Assembly: GCA_002245135.1 (NCBI GenBank)
Contig: NGBS01000001.1
Span: 1 to 64,000 of the forward strand
Length of the DNA: 64,000 nucleotides
Source of the DNA: Proteromonas lacertae
Taxonomy: Eukaryota
Direction: 5' to 3'
Part shown: positions 21,991 through 34,933 of the stretch, one piece after another
Layout: every line of letters starts with the position of its first letter
Position numbering within the stretch: the first letter of the stretch is position 1
Program-made: the position numbers and the translations under genes
The notes under the pieces: model-generated
What the model was told of the DNA's origin: nothing
What the model saw: only the letters and a program-made list of their open reading frames with translations
Databases searched by the model: none

Positions 21991-22876
21991 ATTATGAATC
22001 ACAATTTATAGATTTCCTGTATATAAAAGCAAAAGAATCCATTACGTCTATATGATTCCTTATATCTGTTTAAATTCGCTAGTATGTTATATATATACAT
22101 TGTTATCTTATTTCGCTAGTATTTTATATACTGCTTCATGAATTGTATGTAGTGACTAAAGCATTTTAATTGTTGAATGCAATTTAATTTGAGAAAAATG
22201 TGGAAATTTTCTAATATTTGTTATGTTTAAAGCTTAAACTAATGAATATTATAATCAATTTATATTTAGTATTACATTTTTATATAAAATGAAACGATCA
22301 AATTATTTATACTTAGAAATCTAGCCTTTATAACCACATCTAGGCATCTGCATAATAAAATAACCATATCAACACCTTCTACTTATTTTATTAATAATAT
22401 TACAGAAATTGATCATCACTCTTACATGTAACATATATTAAATTAGCACTTAATTGTTTCACTTTTTATTTTCGATTTTCTAATGAAAATAATAACATTA
22501 ATAACATTTTCATTTCAAATTAGATTTTTTTTAATGAAAAACCTATTACTCCATATTTACTTCTAAATATTTCAATTGAATAACTTATGCGTATTATTTC
22601 TAACAATTATGTTTTACATCATAACTAATAGTAATGTTGTGATTATATACTAACATATATCATTTTTCTTTCACTAGAACAGTGCTTTTACATCTTACAT
22701 TTCATTCAACTGTATGGGCATTACATTATTTGGTAAATATTCATTTAATTTACTCCATTTACTTCATCTGTTATCAGTTTCTGAGGTTGATTTCACTTAT
22801 TCTTCATTGTGATTTTCACCACAACAACACCCATCTTGACAATTTGAACAACCAAAGAGTAAAATTACTGGTTGTA

Positions 22877-23895
22877 CAGTGTTTTGCAACTTACTTATAC
22901 AATATTTCATAATACTTATACGTAACGACATTTGTTGCAAAATAAATATACCGCGTTGCATAACAAAAAAATCATTCATGCCATTGCATAACTATTATAC
23001 CATTTTGCATATTACTTATACTTTTTATAAAGCTATATCATATTACATGTATATGAATGTAAAATAAATATACAAATCTCAAGCCTTTTCAAGAATTTCT
23101 ATTCTTTTATTATACAATGAACTTATATTATGTTGATACAACCAACTAAAATTGTCGCAATGACTATATACAATCAGCTCCACCAGTAGAGTTTGTTTCT
23201 GAAGGCGATAGAGCTTTGTAGCCAAATCCAGAAGAGTTTTTAACATACGAAGAGTTATTAGAAATAACAAATGTTGCTGAGCTATCACATTCAAAAAGAA
23301 ATCAGCCAGTTAGGGAAAAAAGAGTAAATGTTAGTGTATCGCAGGCGCAGATAGATATTCTGAAGTGTGTATATGCTAAAGAAGGAAGAGAATATCCCTT
23401 ACAGTCATATCAATCAATTACAGGAATTAAACCAAAAAGGTTAGAAGCATTGATTAGACTCCTTAATAAAGTGCAGTGTATTGATAAAAGTTCTGTTAAA
23501 CGAGGACGTTGCCCTAAGTTAACAGAACATGAGTCATTATTGCTTTCAAATACTGTTAAAGAAAACAACAACACTATCAATTTATATTATAAATATTTAA
23601 TAATTATAAATATTTAACAACCACCTCCAATTACAAACACAATCACATTATCAAATGTTGTATTAAAAAAAAGAAATTCTTGAAAAGGCTTGAGATTTGT
23701 ATATTTATTTTACATTCATATACATGTAATATGATATAGCTTTATAAAAAGTATAAGTAATATGCAAAATGGTATAATAGTTATGCAATGGCATGAATGA
23801 TTTTTTTGTTATGCAACGCGGTATATTTATTTTGCAACAAATGTCGTTACGTATAAGTATTATGAAATATTGTATAAGTAAGTTGCAAAACACTG
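22877..23895 (+). mobile_element. Internally deleted Tc1/mariner element with ~225-bp TIRs
   Basis: TA|CAGTG...CACTG|TA; TIRs 22877-23100 and ~23670-23895; transposase HTH remnant KRGRCPKLTE at ~23500. Confidence 0.92.
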
Positions 23896-24118
23896 TATTA
23901 TAAAAATAATAAACTATACAGCTTTTAATATGCTAATACAAATGATTGAATCAAACATTTATTTATAAAATTACTAATGAAAGAGAATACATTAATTGAA
24001 TTAAATAAAATATCATATTGCTACATTTATACTGTATTCTCTAAATACATTATACATAATTTATCATTTAACTGAAGTTTATCTATTTTATCATTAAGAG
24101 TAAATGCTAGAGTAAAAT

Positions 24119-24958
24119 CTACATTTTAAATATTCCATATCTGCAAAACATTAATTCTTTATACAGATCTAAATGTCTTTCTAATTGGTTTTGACTTATG
24201 CTTCTTTCCTCATATGTTTCAATACCATAAGTCATTGTATAATTGAGAAAATCATTATATATTTTTGTAGCATATGCTTTTGCAGGATTGTTAACAGCTG
24301 CTCTATGAAATTCTGAATAAAGTATGTCAAACTTTAGTAGTTGATTGGTTTTAATTAATTCAGGAAAGATATAATGTTCTTCTCCTTCTACATCAAATTT
24401 CATTACATTAAAATCACTTGGACTTATATTCTCTTCTATGAAATTTGTAATATTAATCACTGGCAAAGTATAATTTTGTCTCTTTGAGTTATAATTCACA
24501 TTAGAATTGTAATACTTTGATGAATATAAATCATCTTTGTCAATACTCATTACATCAATTCCATTATATGTACTTACTATAACAGGACAATAAACATTAA
24601 AATTAACCAATTTTGTGTGTTTCTTTATGATATTTACTACTCTATAGATGTCGTTACATAGAAAAGGATTTGCTTCAAATATGTATGTATTAAAATTCAT
24701 TGATATATTTAAAGGAATTTTTGGATAAGGAACAACAGATTTTAAACCTAATATTTCAATGTTATAAAACCATGCTATAGAATCTCCATTATTTGCTCCT
24801 AAATCTATATAGTTACCTACATTCCACACCTGTTCTTTTTTTCTTTTTACAACATTCTTTAGTTTGCAACGTGATTCAACTTTTACTATAGTGGTTTTAT
24901 TATATATAAAAAAACTTATAATACATAATGACAATAGAAGTATAAATTTCTTTAGCAT
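24119..24958 (-). CDS. FkbM-family methyltransferase, type II membrane
   Basis: N-terminal TM; YIDLGANNGD, FEANP, MKFDVEGEEH, YSEFH. Confidence 0.85.
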   Translation of the reverse strand: MLKKFILLLSLCIISFFIYNKTTIVKVESRCKLKNVVKRKKEQVWNVGNYIDLGANNGDSIAWFYNIEILGLKSVVPYPKIPLNISMNFNTYIFEANPFLCNDIYRVVNIIKKHTKLVNFNVYCPVIVSTYNGIDVMSIDKDDLYSSKYYNSNVNYNSKRQNYTLPVINITNFIEENISPSDFNVMKFDVEGEEHYIFPELIKTNQLLKFDILYSEFHRAAVNNPAKAYATKIYNDFLNYTMTYGIETYEERSISQNQLERHLDLYKELMFCRYGIFKM

Positions 24959-25054
24959 TTTTAAAGAGTAAAATAATGATATACTATAAATTATAGTTAA
25001 CTAAAGTCAATTCATTCTCTATAAAAAGTACATAATTAATACACTTGTATTAAG

Positions 25055-25456
25055 TGTTGCTGTTCGCCATTTGTCATAGTTGGCCGTTTGTCTACCAGAC
25101 ACTTTGAAAACAAACTAAATGTATTTTCTTACTTGTCTTGATGAAAAATTGTTACTTTTATACTTACTTTGTTATATGACCTACCTCTGCAGTATACTTT
25201 TTTGTTAATATAAATAGTATGAATATTGGCCATTTGTTTTCTAGAAATTTTTGAATCAAACTAAATGCATATTTAGCTAAAATAGACTAAAATACATTAG
25301 CTGAAATGATTAGAATATAATAATTATTAAATTTTTCTATATAAAAATAGAAATGTAAAAGTAGGCTTGAGTGAGGCTTGATTCAATATTTTCTTTTTTC
25401 ATTTTAAATGTCTTATGATCAACATTAAGTAGTTCTAATCATTTCAGCTAATGTAT
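25055..25456. mobile_element. Truncated copy of Ginger-like MITE family B
   Basis: Near-identical to 18505-18905. Confidence 0.88.
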
Positions 25457-26830
25457 CTTTGTTTAAGGATAAATAATAATGGCTCAATAACATTACTGTT
25501 TTCATAATTAAGTGAATGTAAGAGAAAAACAAAAGTAGATATGTTTAACATACTGTTGTTATTCAAAGATTTAATAATTGAATCAATAGTAAGTGGAGTA
25601 GTATAATCAACATATTCACTTTTTAAATAATTAACAAAATTGGTTTTATCTTTAATATATTTAGTAATAAATTCGAACATCATTATCTTCTTCATTTAGC
25701 CAAATACCTATTCGTTTGTTTGAACTTTTTATTAACTCATCACTTATTGTATAATCGTTTTTATATTCAGTTTCATCTTTACCTATCAGATTGATTGAAT
25801 CGACATATATTTTGATTATTGAATAACCAATTGACATTGTAGATGTTAAAATTAGTTAATCAATATATAACTTCAACGATTCTTTTAACGATTTACTACT
25901 TTCACTTTCATAACTGTTCAAATAACTATTGATTATTATCTCATCTAAACTGAAACTCAATACTGGATAATCCACACTATTCATTGTTATTACACTAATT
26001 ATTAAACAACTTCCTTGACAATTTGTATTGATTTGAGATACTACATCGTAAGCAGCTGTGCAGCTTATATCTTTCATTTCATAACTTCCTTTATATACTA
26101 AATTTCTTTCATTTGTTATAAAGGAAGTGATTATCTCATAACTTTTCATTAAGTTTTGATAACTTCGACTAAGTAAACTGTATGTCATCGCATTACTGTA
26201 TAATATATTACCATTACAATTATCACCATTTACACTTCCCAAATGAAGAAATGAAACTTCAATTATTTCTTTTACTACCATCTCACTACTTCCATCTATA
26301 TAAGCAAGTTTTATATTCTCTATTATTCGATGATTTGATAATAAAGACATTGAGAAATTACTAATAAATCGAATATGTTATTGCTCCTGGAGCAGCTTCT
26401 GTTGGGGTGCTGCTGTAGCTGTAGTGGTTGGAACTGATGGATCTACTATTCCTGTTGAAGGACTATCAAAATCAGCTATTATCTCATCTAATTTAACAAA
26501 CAGCATATTAGATCATATTACTCTCTCCACTTCTTGAAACATATCATTTGAATTAATTGTATGAAGATAATCAAATCTTTTTATGACTTTTTCATCTTTC
26601 ACACTGTAATAGATTATTGCTTTTTCTTTTATGTTTCTTAATTTAACGAACAAACCAGCAATTTCATAATCTTGTGGATCTCCTTTTATAAACTAGTAAG
26701 ACATATCATTTCCATAATACTTTAAAAAATCATATAACTAATGTATGCACTCTTTATCAAACTCATTATTGTAACCTAGAATTATATTCTGCTTATAACG
26801 ATGTTTAAAATGACTCATCACAAAAAATCA
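25457..26830 (-). pseudogene. Decayed unidentified coding sequence
   Basis: Chain of same-strand ORF fragments (25444-25695, 25856-26350) with coding-like composition; no recognisable motif. Confidence 0.35.
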
Positions 26831-26852
26831 AGTGTAATAAGTATAAAAACCA

Positions 26853-27736
26853 TATACAACATTTGATAAACAAGTACTGTAAGGATGATTGTTATATTAA
26901 ATCTAAAATCAGGTAATAAATATATTAATATGATTACATGAGTATATAATTTATAATATAATAATAATATATAAGAATAATATATAAATAATATATATAG
27001 CACTTACATTTTCAAAATTAAATTCAAATATCAAAGGAAACGGATATATTTTTAAATGACTGTATAGGATGACTTTAGAATAGAATTAACTTAAATTTAT
27101 AATCAACTAATAATGGTTTTTATCCAATATGAGTAAATGAAATATGCAGTAGTCTCATATTTAAGTAATTAGTAAATAGAAGCAGTTAACTAAAATAAGC
27201 TATATAAAATAAATAATTATAAAATATATGATAAACATTTCATTTATAAATTATAAAATATATGAACATTAGCTATTTAGGTAGATTTAATTGTATTTTA
27301 GTTTCTATGTATATCAAATGGTAAATTGTTCATTATTAATTCTAATATTTATAGTAAAGTAATTTAAAAAACACTATATAATAAGAAAAATCAAGAAAAA
27401 CATTTCAAAAGTTTGATAGAAAACTCGAGACAGAAATGACGTCAGAAGGGGTCAAATTCTTAAATCCTGAATAACTGATAATTTTCATTTTGAGAGTATA
27501 TATATAAAATAATATTATATTCATAATCTACATGAACTTTGTAGTCTATCTAGATAGGTTTCATGTCATATTAAGACATTTTTTCGTTGCCTAAAAAAGT
27601 TGTTTATATGGGTTGAAACCTATATATTCTAAAATAAATAACTCTGAACATCATGAATATCATATTAGTTTTGATTGAATCATTCTGCAATATAGAGTTC
27701 CGCCATACGGGGATTTCCGCCATACGGGGAACAACA
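26853..27736. repeat. ~880-bp repeat, copy 2 (direct orientation)
   Basis: Near-identical to 10148-11029. Confidence 0.92.
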
Positions 27737-28522
27737 ATACATACTTTCATAATTATTCCAATTTGATATGGATCAATGTTTTCCACTACAGTATACCTTT
27801 AACACATCATAAAGTGAATTACTGATAGAATATCATTATCATTAGTATCATTTATATATATTATTTTATAATCTTTTATAGATAATCCAGATAATCTAGA
27901 CAGTTTTAAAAGAATGTGTGAAATACCTTCAACATCATCTTCAACATTATAATGCAAGATAACATTCTGTTTAGAATGATTTATTGAAAGCATTTGATAA
28001 AATATAATCAAAAACAAATACATTATAGTTATTATAAAATAGCAGCAAGTACCACATATTGTATATATTCAATTTTTCTTTCCCAATTTTATTAACTAAA
28101 CATTTTAGCTGTGAAATATCTTCATCTACTAAATTGGAGGAAATTATATCACATATGGAATTGTAAATTGGATTTAGTGATGAATTATCTACAATATCAT
28201 CAACAGTAACAGTAGGTAGAACATATCTTTTCTTTTTAATTTTTCATTTAATTCAACAGAAATAGGAATCTTTTCATAGAGAGGTGATTCAGTTATTCTA
28301 AATGGTGTATTATTACCACTAATACAGTGTATATATATATATATATACATAGCATAGAGTTGTCCTTTGTGTTGCTTTACTAAAGCTACTTTTGTATCAA
28401 CTGTATAATTGTTTATTCTGTTATTATATAGGATGACATCTCCATTACTGATTGTAAATGACTTCTTTTTTATTTTTTTATTGGAATAATCCAATATATC
28501 CATATTTCTTTTTACATCTTTT

Positions 28523-29675
28523 TCAACCGTTAGTATATTTATTTTTTATTTTTTCTTCAGTTTCATCAGAACTATTACCATCATCAAGTGGAGATACCAT
28601 ATTAGAATAACCCATCTGTAAGTTTCTTTTTAATTGTTTATAGATTATATGTGTTTCATCAGAACTATTATCATCAATTGAAAGAGTATTATCAGTATTT
28701 TTTACCTTCAATTCTTTATTAGAAAATAGTTTTTTATTTTCCTTTTGCAGTAATACAATATCGTTAAAGAAAAGAGCTCTTGGTGAAAAGTTGGTTCTAT
28801 AAGAGATACTGGTATTTATATTATAGATAATATCATCAACAAATTCTATCCATGGTTTATCCCTCATTTCTATTAAATATCCATTTATCCTGTTTTCAAC
28901 AGTCTGGTTTGCTCGTTCAACCTTACCGTTTGTTTGAGGATGCCTAGGTTTACTGTGAATAATTTCAATATTAAACTCATCAAGTAATGAAGATAAAGTA
29001 TCATTATCAAACTCCTTGCCATTATCACATTGCAATATACGTGGAGCTCCAAAAGTTAGTATATATTTTCTAATTTTTTCAGCTGTTTCTGTTGCTGTTT
29101 TTCTCTGCAATCCATATAACATCGTGAAATTGGTGAAATGATCAACAGCTGTAAGACAATATCTGTAATCACATGGATTTACTTTATTAAATTCTATCAT
29201 ATCTATTAAGTCAATTACTATCCTTTAGTGAGGATAGTTGGATAAAATAGGAGATATAGGTTCTTTTCTTACTATATGATGCAGCTCACAACATCTAGGA
29301 CATGTATTCAAATAAATCCTTAATATCTCTCTTGTAATGCCGTAATAGTTATTGTTAATTTCTCTGATCATTCTTTCTGTGAAGTGAATTTATTATATTA
29401 AAAGCTTCCATTAATTTTACACATTTTAAACCTCTGTGATAAAGAATACCATTTACTACTGTATATTGTTTATTTTTATAGTGTTTTATATTTTTTATAT
29501 AATTATCATATTTATCAATATTACATCCTTCTAAAAGTTGAACTTTTTCATAGAATAGATTCATATGATCATCATAGATATGATTTTTTATTTGATTTTC
29601 AAAATCAAATTCTTTGTATGACCTATAAATAATTAATAACAAAAAAAAGACATTATATATAGAAATAATAAACAA
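28523..29675 (-). pseudogene. Ginger2/TDD-like (rve) integrase/transposase, disrupted
   Basis: Zn-finger remnant (SLH...YYGITRE...CPRC), IVIDLIDM, AVDHFT, LQCDNGKEF, HPQTNGKVERAN (D,D,E); stop at ~29227 and frameshift at ~29355; no gag/RT nearby. Confidence 0.88.
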
Positions 29676-31139
29676 AAGTATTTAAAATTCAAAATTTATC
29701 AAAAAATAATACATATTATATTTATAACACCAACATTTTTCATAAAATCTAAAAAAGATAATTAAGCTTGAGATATGTTTGTATTGTAAAACAACATTTT
29801 TGTTGATTTTTTGCAATAAAATCTACTTATTTTCATCCAAAAATCTACTTATTCTTCACAACATCTCAATATACTACCACTTGCTGGGAATTGTTCTACA
29901 GTCCTTTCATATAATAGACTAGCATTTTCCAATTTAATTATAAGCATTTTTTAAACAGACATTATTTACAAGAATATTGATACAACCATAATTATAACTA
30001 ATATTTCAACATATTAACATTTTTAATTAAATCTTCATTTATTTCACTATTATTAGCTTATTATCCTAACTGTTCATCAGCATTGCCATAAATTCCTGTC
30101 TTTACATAAATAAGTCCTTCTTTTACAGATAAATTCAAAAAATAAATTCAAAGAATCAAGCTGTATGTATATTTTATAAATAATATAGAGTTATGATTAT
30201 CCTACATGATATACTTGTAAACTGGTTTATAATGAGATGTTTTTGTTTGGTTGAAGGTTTATAGACAAAGCTGTTAATGAAATAATTCATTTTTCTGATA
30301 ATGTGACATGAATTAAAGTAAAAAAGTAAATCATAATTTCAAATATGTGAATGATGTGTGTATTACCTATTTCAAGCATTTAAACTGTGTTTACAATGAA
30401 AATGTTTTCATTAATAATGCTACAGATGGATAATTGCTATTATGATGTTTGTATAAATGCTAATTTATTCTTAATAGGAATAATTAGATGAAATTAATGT
30501 TCCAAGTCTTAAGTGTGGTAATTAAATGATAGAATCATTATTAATTGGAGAAATTTGTCATTAAATGATTCTATTTATTTAAACATGTCAATTACTAATG
30601 AGGATGACATATAAATTAATATAAGGAGGAAAGAGATAGAGAATAATATAATAGCAAACATTAGTACAGATGATTAGTGATTTTTAACTCTTGCTAAAAG
30701 ATTTTCATGCAGTGGTTTAAAAAAGAAATGTAGTTATTATTAATATAAGAAAATGAATGAAAAAACTGCAAATTGTTTGTTTGTATGAAAAAGTATGGTT
30801 CTTTCTAAAATAGTTTGAGAAAAGAAGAAGGAATTAGAGTATATAATATACGATTTAGAAGCTCAAAAGAGTTGAGTAGGTTAGAAGGAATATTATGTGA
30901 ATATAAGTAGATAGTTGAAAATGTGTTTGTAATATAAAGCTAAATCATAATAAAAAATTATTTATTGCAATATATAAAGATAAATTTCTTGAATAGTACA
31001 TACATAGTAATCTTCTTCAATTTTTATTCTTTCGAATAAAAATCTTAAAAATAATAAGAAGACTAATATTTATTTCTCTTATATTCTTTATCATTCTATA
31101 AAAAGTATATATATCATACAAAAAATAAAAAAAAATAAT

Positions 31140-31459
31140 ATGCTTGAAAAATGTTTGTGTGAAAACACTATGACGTCAGAAGGTGTATAATTCTTAATTC
31201 CTGTAAAACTGCTACTTTTTATTATAACATAATACTAATATATTAATATTATATTTGACATATACATGATGTGTACTACAGTTTTATGTAGGTTTTGAAA
31301 CATATTATAACAATTTTATGTTGAACAAAATAGTTGTCTATATTACAAACTAAATATATATTTGAACATAACTCATCGTCAACATCATAAATATGATATT
31401 AGTTTTGAAAAAAGTCTTCTTAACGCCCAACGGCGCATTTAGCTCAACGGCGCACAACA
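31140..31459. mobile_element. Ginger-like terminus related to the 880-bp repeat; probable 5' end of the integrase-bearing element
   Basis: TGACGTCAGAAGG at 31171 and colinear similarity to 10730-10970; ends CAACGGCGCA x2 then CAACA. Confidence 0.7.
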
Positions 31460-31584
31460 ATATTCCTTAAACTTTATGATTATTATGTATGATTATGAGG
31501 TTAGATGATATGCTGAGTTGATAATATAATTTTCTAATTATATATATTATTCTTTGAAAAACCGATTTGACCATCGGGTGATGC

Positions 31585-32210
31585 TGTCGCGCGCGATAAA
31601 GAAATTTGCGCGGTAAAGGAAGTAATAAGTTTCCATTAAAGTGAATATGTTAATACTTATTTGGAAGGCCGAGTAAATATAAATATAACATTATTTTGTC
31701 TAATAAATTACATATGTTGAAATTGTTATCAAGTTTTCAATAAGATTTATATCATCTATTATTAATCTTTGTAATTATTTTTTTATTTAAATCGCTAGAA
31801 TATATTAGCATATATGTCTTATTATCATATTGATATATATATAGCACCCTTTAAAAAAATATTAAAGAAAAAAGAAAATACGTTCAAGCCTTCTTCAAGC
31901 CAATATTTTATTTTTTATTTCAAACCATCGTAACATCGATTTTGTTTAATCTTTTCATCAAAGAACTGTTTATTTCAATTTCTTCCTGTGATATATGCAA
32001 TAAAAATAATGTTAAATGATAGAAATAATTAAGATGGATATAAAGTGAATATTTATGAATAATTGAACATAACTATTGTATATGACTGTTATAAGACAAA
32101 ATGATTATATATTCATGCATAGCGTAATGACATTAACAATAATATTATATTAGATCTAAATATAAACAATTACTTCCTTTATCGCGCAAATTTCTTTATC
32201 GCGCGCGACA
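31585..32210. mobile_element. Ginger/TDD-like MITE family C, intact copy
   Basis: TGTCGCGCGCGATAAAG...CTTTATCGCGCGCGACA; 5-bp TSD GATGC. Confidence 0.93.
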
Positions 32211-32364
32211 GATGCACTTTTTGATTTTCTGATATTCAAATTTTATGCATAATAATAATTAATACAATCATACTATGAAGTTATATTATGTTATAAAAGA
32301 GAAATAATTCTTCAAAGAAAAACAAACAAGCTTTTTGGCTTGATAATCATTTTTCATTAAATTT

Positions 32365-32970
32365 ATGACTGAAATAAGTCTACCGTCTGATGCATCAAGC
32401 GAAGAAGGATTAGATTTCAATTTTTCAGAGACTTACTGGAATTATGCTGAAGTTTAAAAAAAACGATAAATGTATATGTATCAAATGTAGTAATCAATAC
32501 AAATGTAATGTTAAAAAAGGTAAAGCCATAAAAGGGCATATGATGAGTCATCATAACTACAAAGATCCAGTTGATAGTAAAATAAATGTGGAAGATATAG
32601 AAGAAAATTTATTTAAGTTTATTACTTACAATGCAGTTAGTACTACAATATTAGATTCAACAGAATTCAGAATATTCTGTTATAAGCTGGGATAATACTT
32701 AACACCTCGCAGAGATGTATATAATGATTATTTAAGAAATAAATCTGCAGAAGTAAAGGTATAAAGTTCTATTATATTTAGGATAAATTAAAAAAAGAAT
32801 TACATGGACGATATGTTAGTCTAACAATAGACGGCTGGAAGAGTCCAGCCTCAAAGGAGTATATTGGAATTGCATGCTTTTATTTAGATACTTCCATGAA
32901 AATAATCACTCATACAATTGCTATTTCAGAAGTAGAAGATGAGTGTAGTAGTACTATCTTAGAACAAGTT
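32365..32970 (+). pseudogene. hAT transposase pseudogene (BED finger + first catalytic Asp)
   Basis: CIKC...HMMSHH BED finger; VSLTIDGWKSPASKEYIGI. Confidence 0.82.
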
Positions 32971-32971
32971 T

Positions 32972-34030
32972 ATAGGTTACCGACGGAGATAGGTCAAATC
33001 CTATAGGTTTTGCCTTGACCGTCGGTCGGTCAAGCCTTACAAGCCGTATATTATAAAATCTATTTTAATTCATTATATACTAATTTTCCCTTCATAAAAA
33101 CTATCTTATAATATATTTTAATACTTGATTCATATATTTTCAATTCAATAAAATAATTTTTAACTTTTTATAAAGAATTGCAATTTTATACTCAACAATA
33201 ATTAGGTATTTTATATAATTATGTTCTTATTTATTTCTACTAATCATCAGTTTCATTTGTAATCTATCACATGATAAATTTGATTTGGATAAGTTACTTA
33301 TTTGTCCAGCCTCGTAAAATATTCTTTCTGGCTATGAAGATGCTGCTAGACTGTTTAAACTGTTCTTGGCAAGTATGTATACCCTAGGAAACTTGGACTT
33401 TAATGATAGCCAGATATTTCCAATGGTTTCAGAAGTGCTGTAATGAATATCATATTGCAAATATTCTTGTACTTCATTTGGCATAATTAATCTCTTTCTT
33501 TTTACTGCAAATGCATTTATCAAGGCTTTTTATCTTTAACATATTATACCAAAAGGTTTTGTATAAGTTAAAATTAAGATGTTTAAGAATATTTGCCTCT
33601 TTTAAGGCAATAACTTCACGAGCCGCTCAAATTGGTAAAACTATACTCCTAGAATATATAATGATAGATTATATTAGATAAATTTATGATAATTTTAAGA
33701 AATGATTAATGTCAAGCTAAAAGTTTGCCATTTTTTCTTTCAAATTTTTATAATCATTCTATACTTTATATTACATATATAACACAATAGAATAACTCAT
33801 TGGTAAGGTTAGATTCAATTATGAAGAAAGAAAAAAGCTCATCGACCGACGGTTAATTCGGTATTTTATAGAATGATATATAGAGCTTGAATTCAATATG
33901 TACAGTTAGATAATATTATTAATATCACATGTTTAGGAGGAGGTCAGCTAATAGTTACTACAGCCTGGTGTCGGTCAACATTTGTTTATTGACCTACGAC
34001 CGATCGGTTTTCTCCGTCGGTCATGACCGA
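32972..34030 (-). mobile_element. Deleted hAT element
   Basis: Inverted ends ACCGACGGAGA/TCTCCGTCGGT, GACCG subterminal repeats; dimerisation remnant EVQEYL...WLSLKSKFPRVYILAK...ASS*PERIF. Confidence 0.75.
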
Positions 34031-34256
34031 TTTATACAACCCTGATTATTCCTATAAATAAAGGAATAATACTCAATTTATATCCTTTCAGTATAACTCC
34101 TAACATAATTTTCGTTGAATTTTTCCTTACTACTAACATAAATGGAAACATATATATTAAGAAATTGCAACATCCCCATTGATGTATACTTCCTAAGGAA
34201 GTAATAATTATAACCAAAAACAAACATTTATAACAATTAAATAACACTATTTAGTT

Positions 34257-34828
34257 TTAGTTATCAGATTTCATTCTTTCAAGTATTTCAATTTCTTTCT
34301 TCAATTCTGCAATTCTTCTATCTGCTTTTTTAATCTTTTCGTCAACGCCATGATCTCTTTTTCTAAATTCCTTACTGGTAGTGTAATTTATGAATTTATT
34401 AATTCTATTACTCATTGAGTCTATCATACTACCTGAATGCATTAATATATCATAATTATTCTCATCTAACATAACAGTATTACTTCCACTTCTTGTAATT
34501 TCTCTATTTCATAAAATGAGTAAATATACGAATTTGATGTATGATATTCTGAATTTACACAATCAGTACATATATCATTCGATTGATCAATTGTTTGATT
34601 CTTGTCAGGTGTTGATAATGGAGTTGTGTTTATTCTTTCAGAAATTTCTTCATCATATTTCTGTGTAATGTCATTTTCCTATCAAAAGCCTATAACAATT
34701 TCATTAAATACGGTCAATTTGTTGTTAATTGAGGATGATTCATTATTTGACTTAATTTTTTTATTTATTTTATCTGCAATATCATTCTTTGATGTACTAT
34801 TATCTTGATTTTTTCTTTTAGAAGGCAT
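34257..34828 (-). CDS. Hypothetical protein with C-terminal coiled coil (multi-exon)
   Basis: ATG 34828, short GT-AG introns, terminal exon 34257-34500. Confidence 0.55.
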
Positions 34829-34933
34829 ATGTGAAGAAAACAATAAATGGCGCGAAAATAATTCTAAAAATTATATTCGTTTCATAATTCTTTAAAAACA
34901 AAAAATTCATAAATACAATAAATATTTAGTCTT

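Noticed and set aside
29700..31140. Additional gene inside the putative Ginger element
   Set aside because: No ORF or motif I can recognise; may be highly decayed
26853..31459. LTR retrotransposon (direct repeats flanking an integrase)
   Set aside because: The flanking repeats are only distantly similar over ~300 bp, no gag/protease/RT/RNaseH is present, and the ends look like Ginger TIR ends
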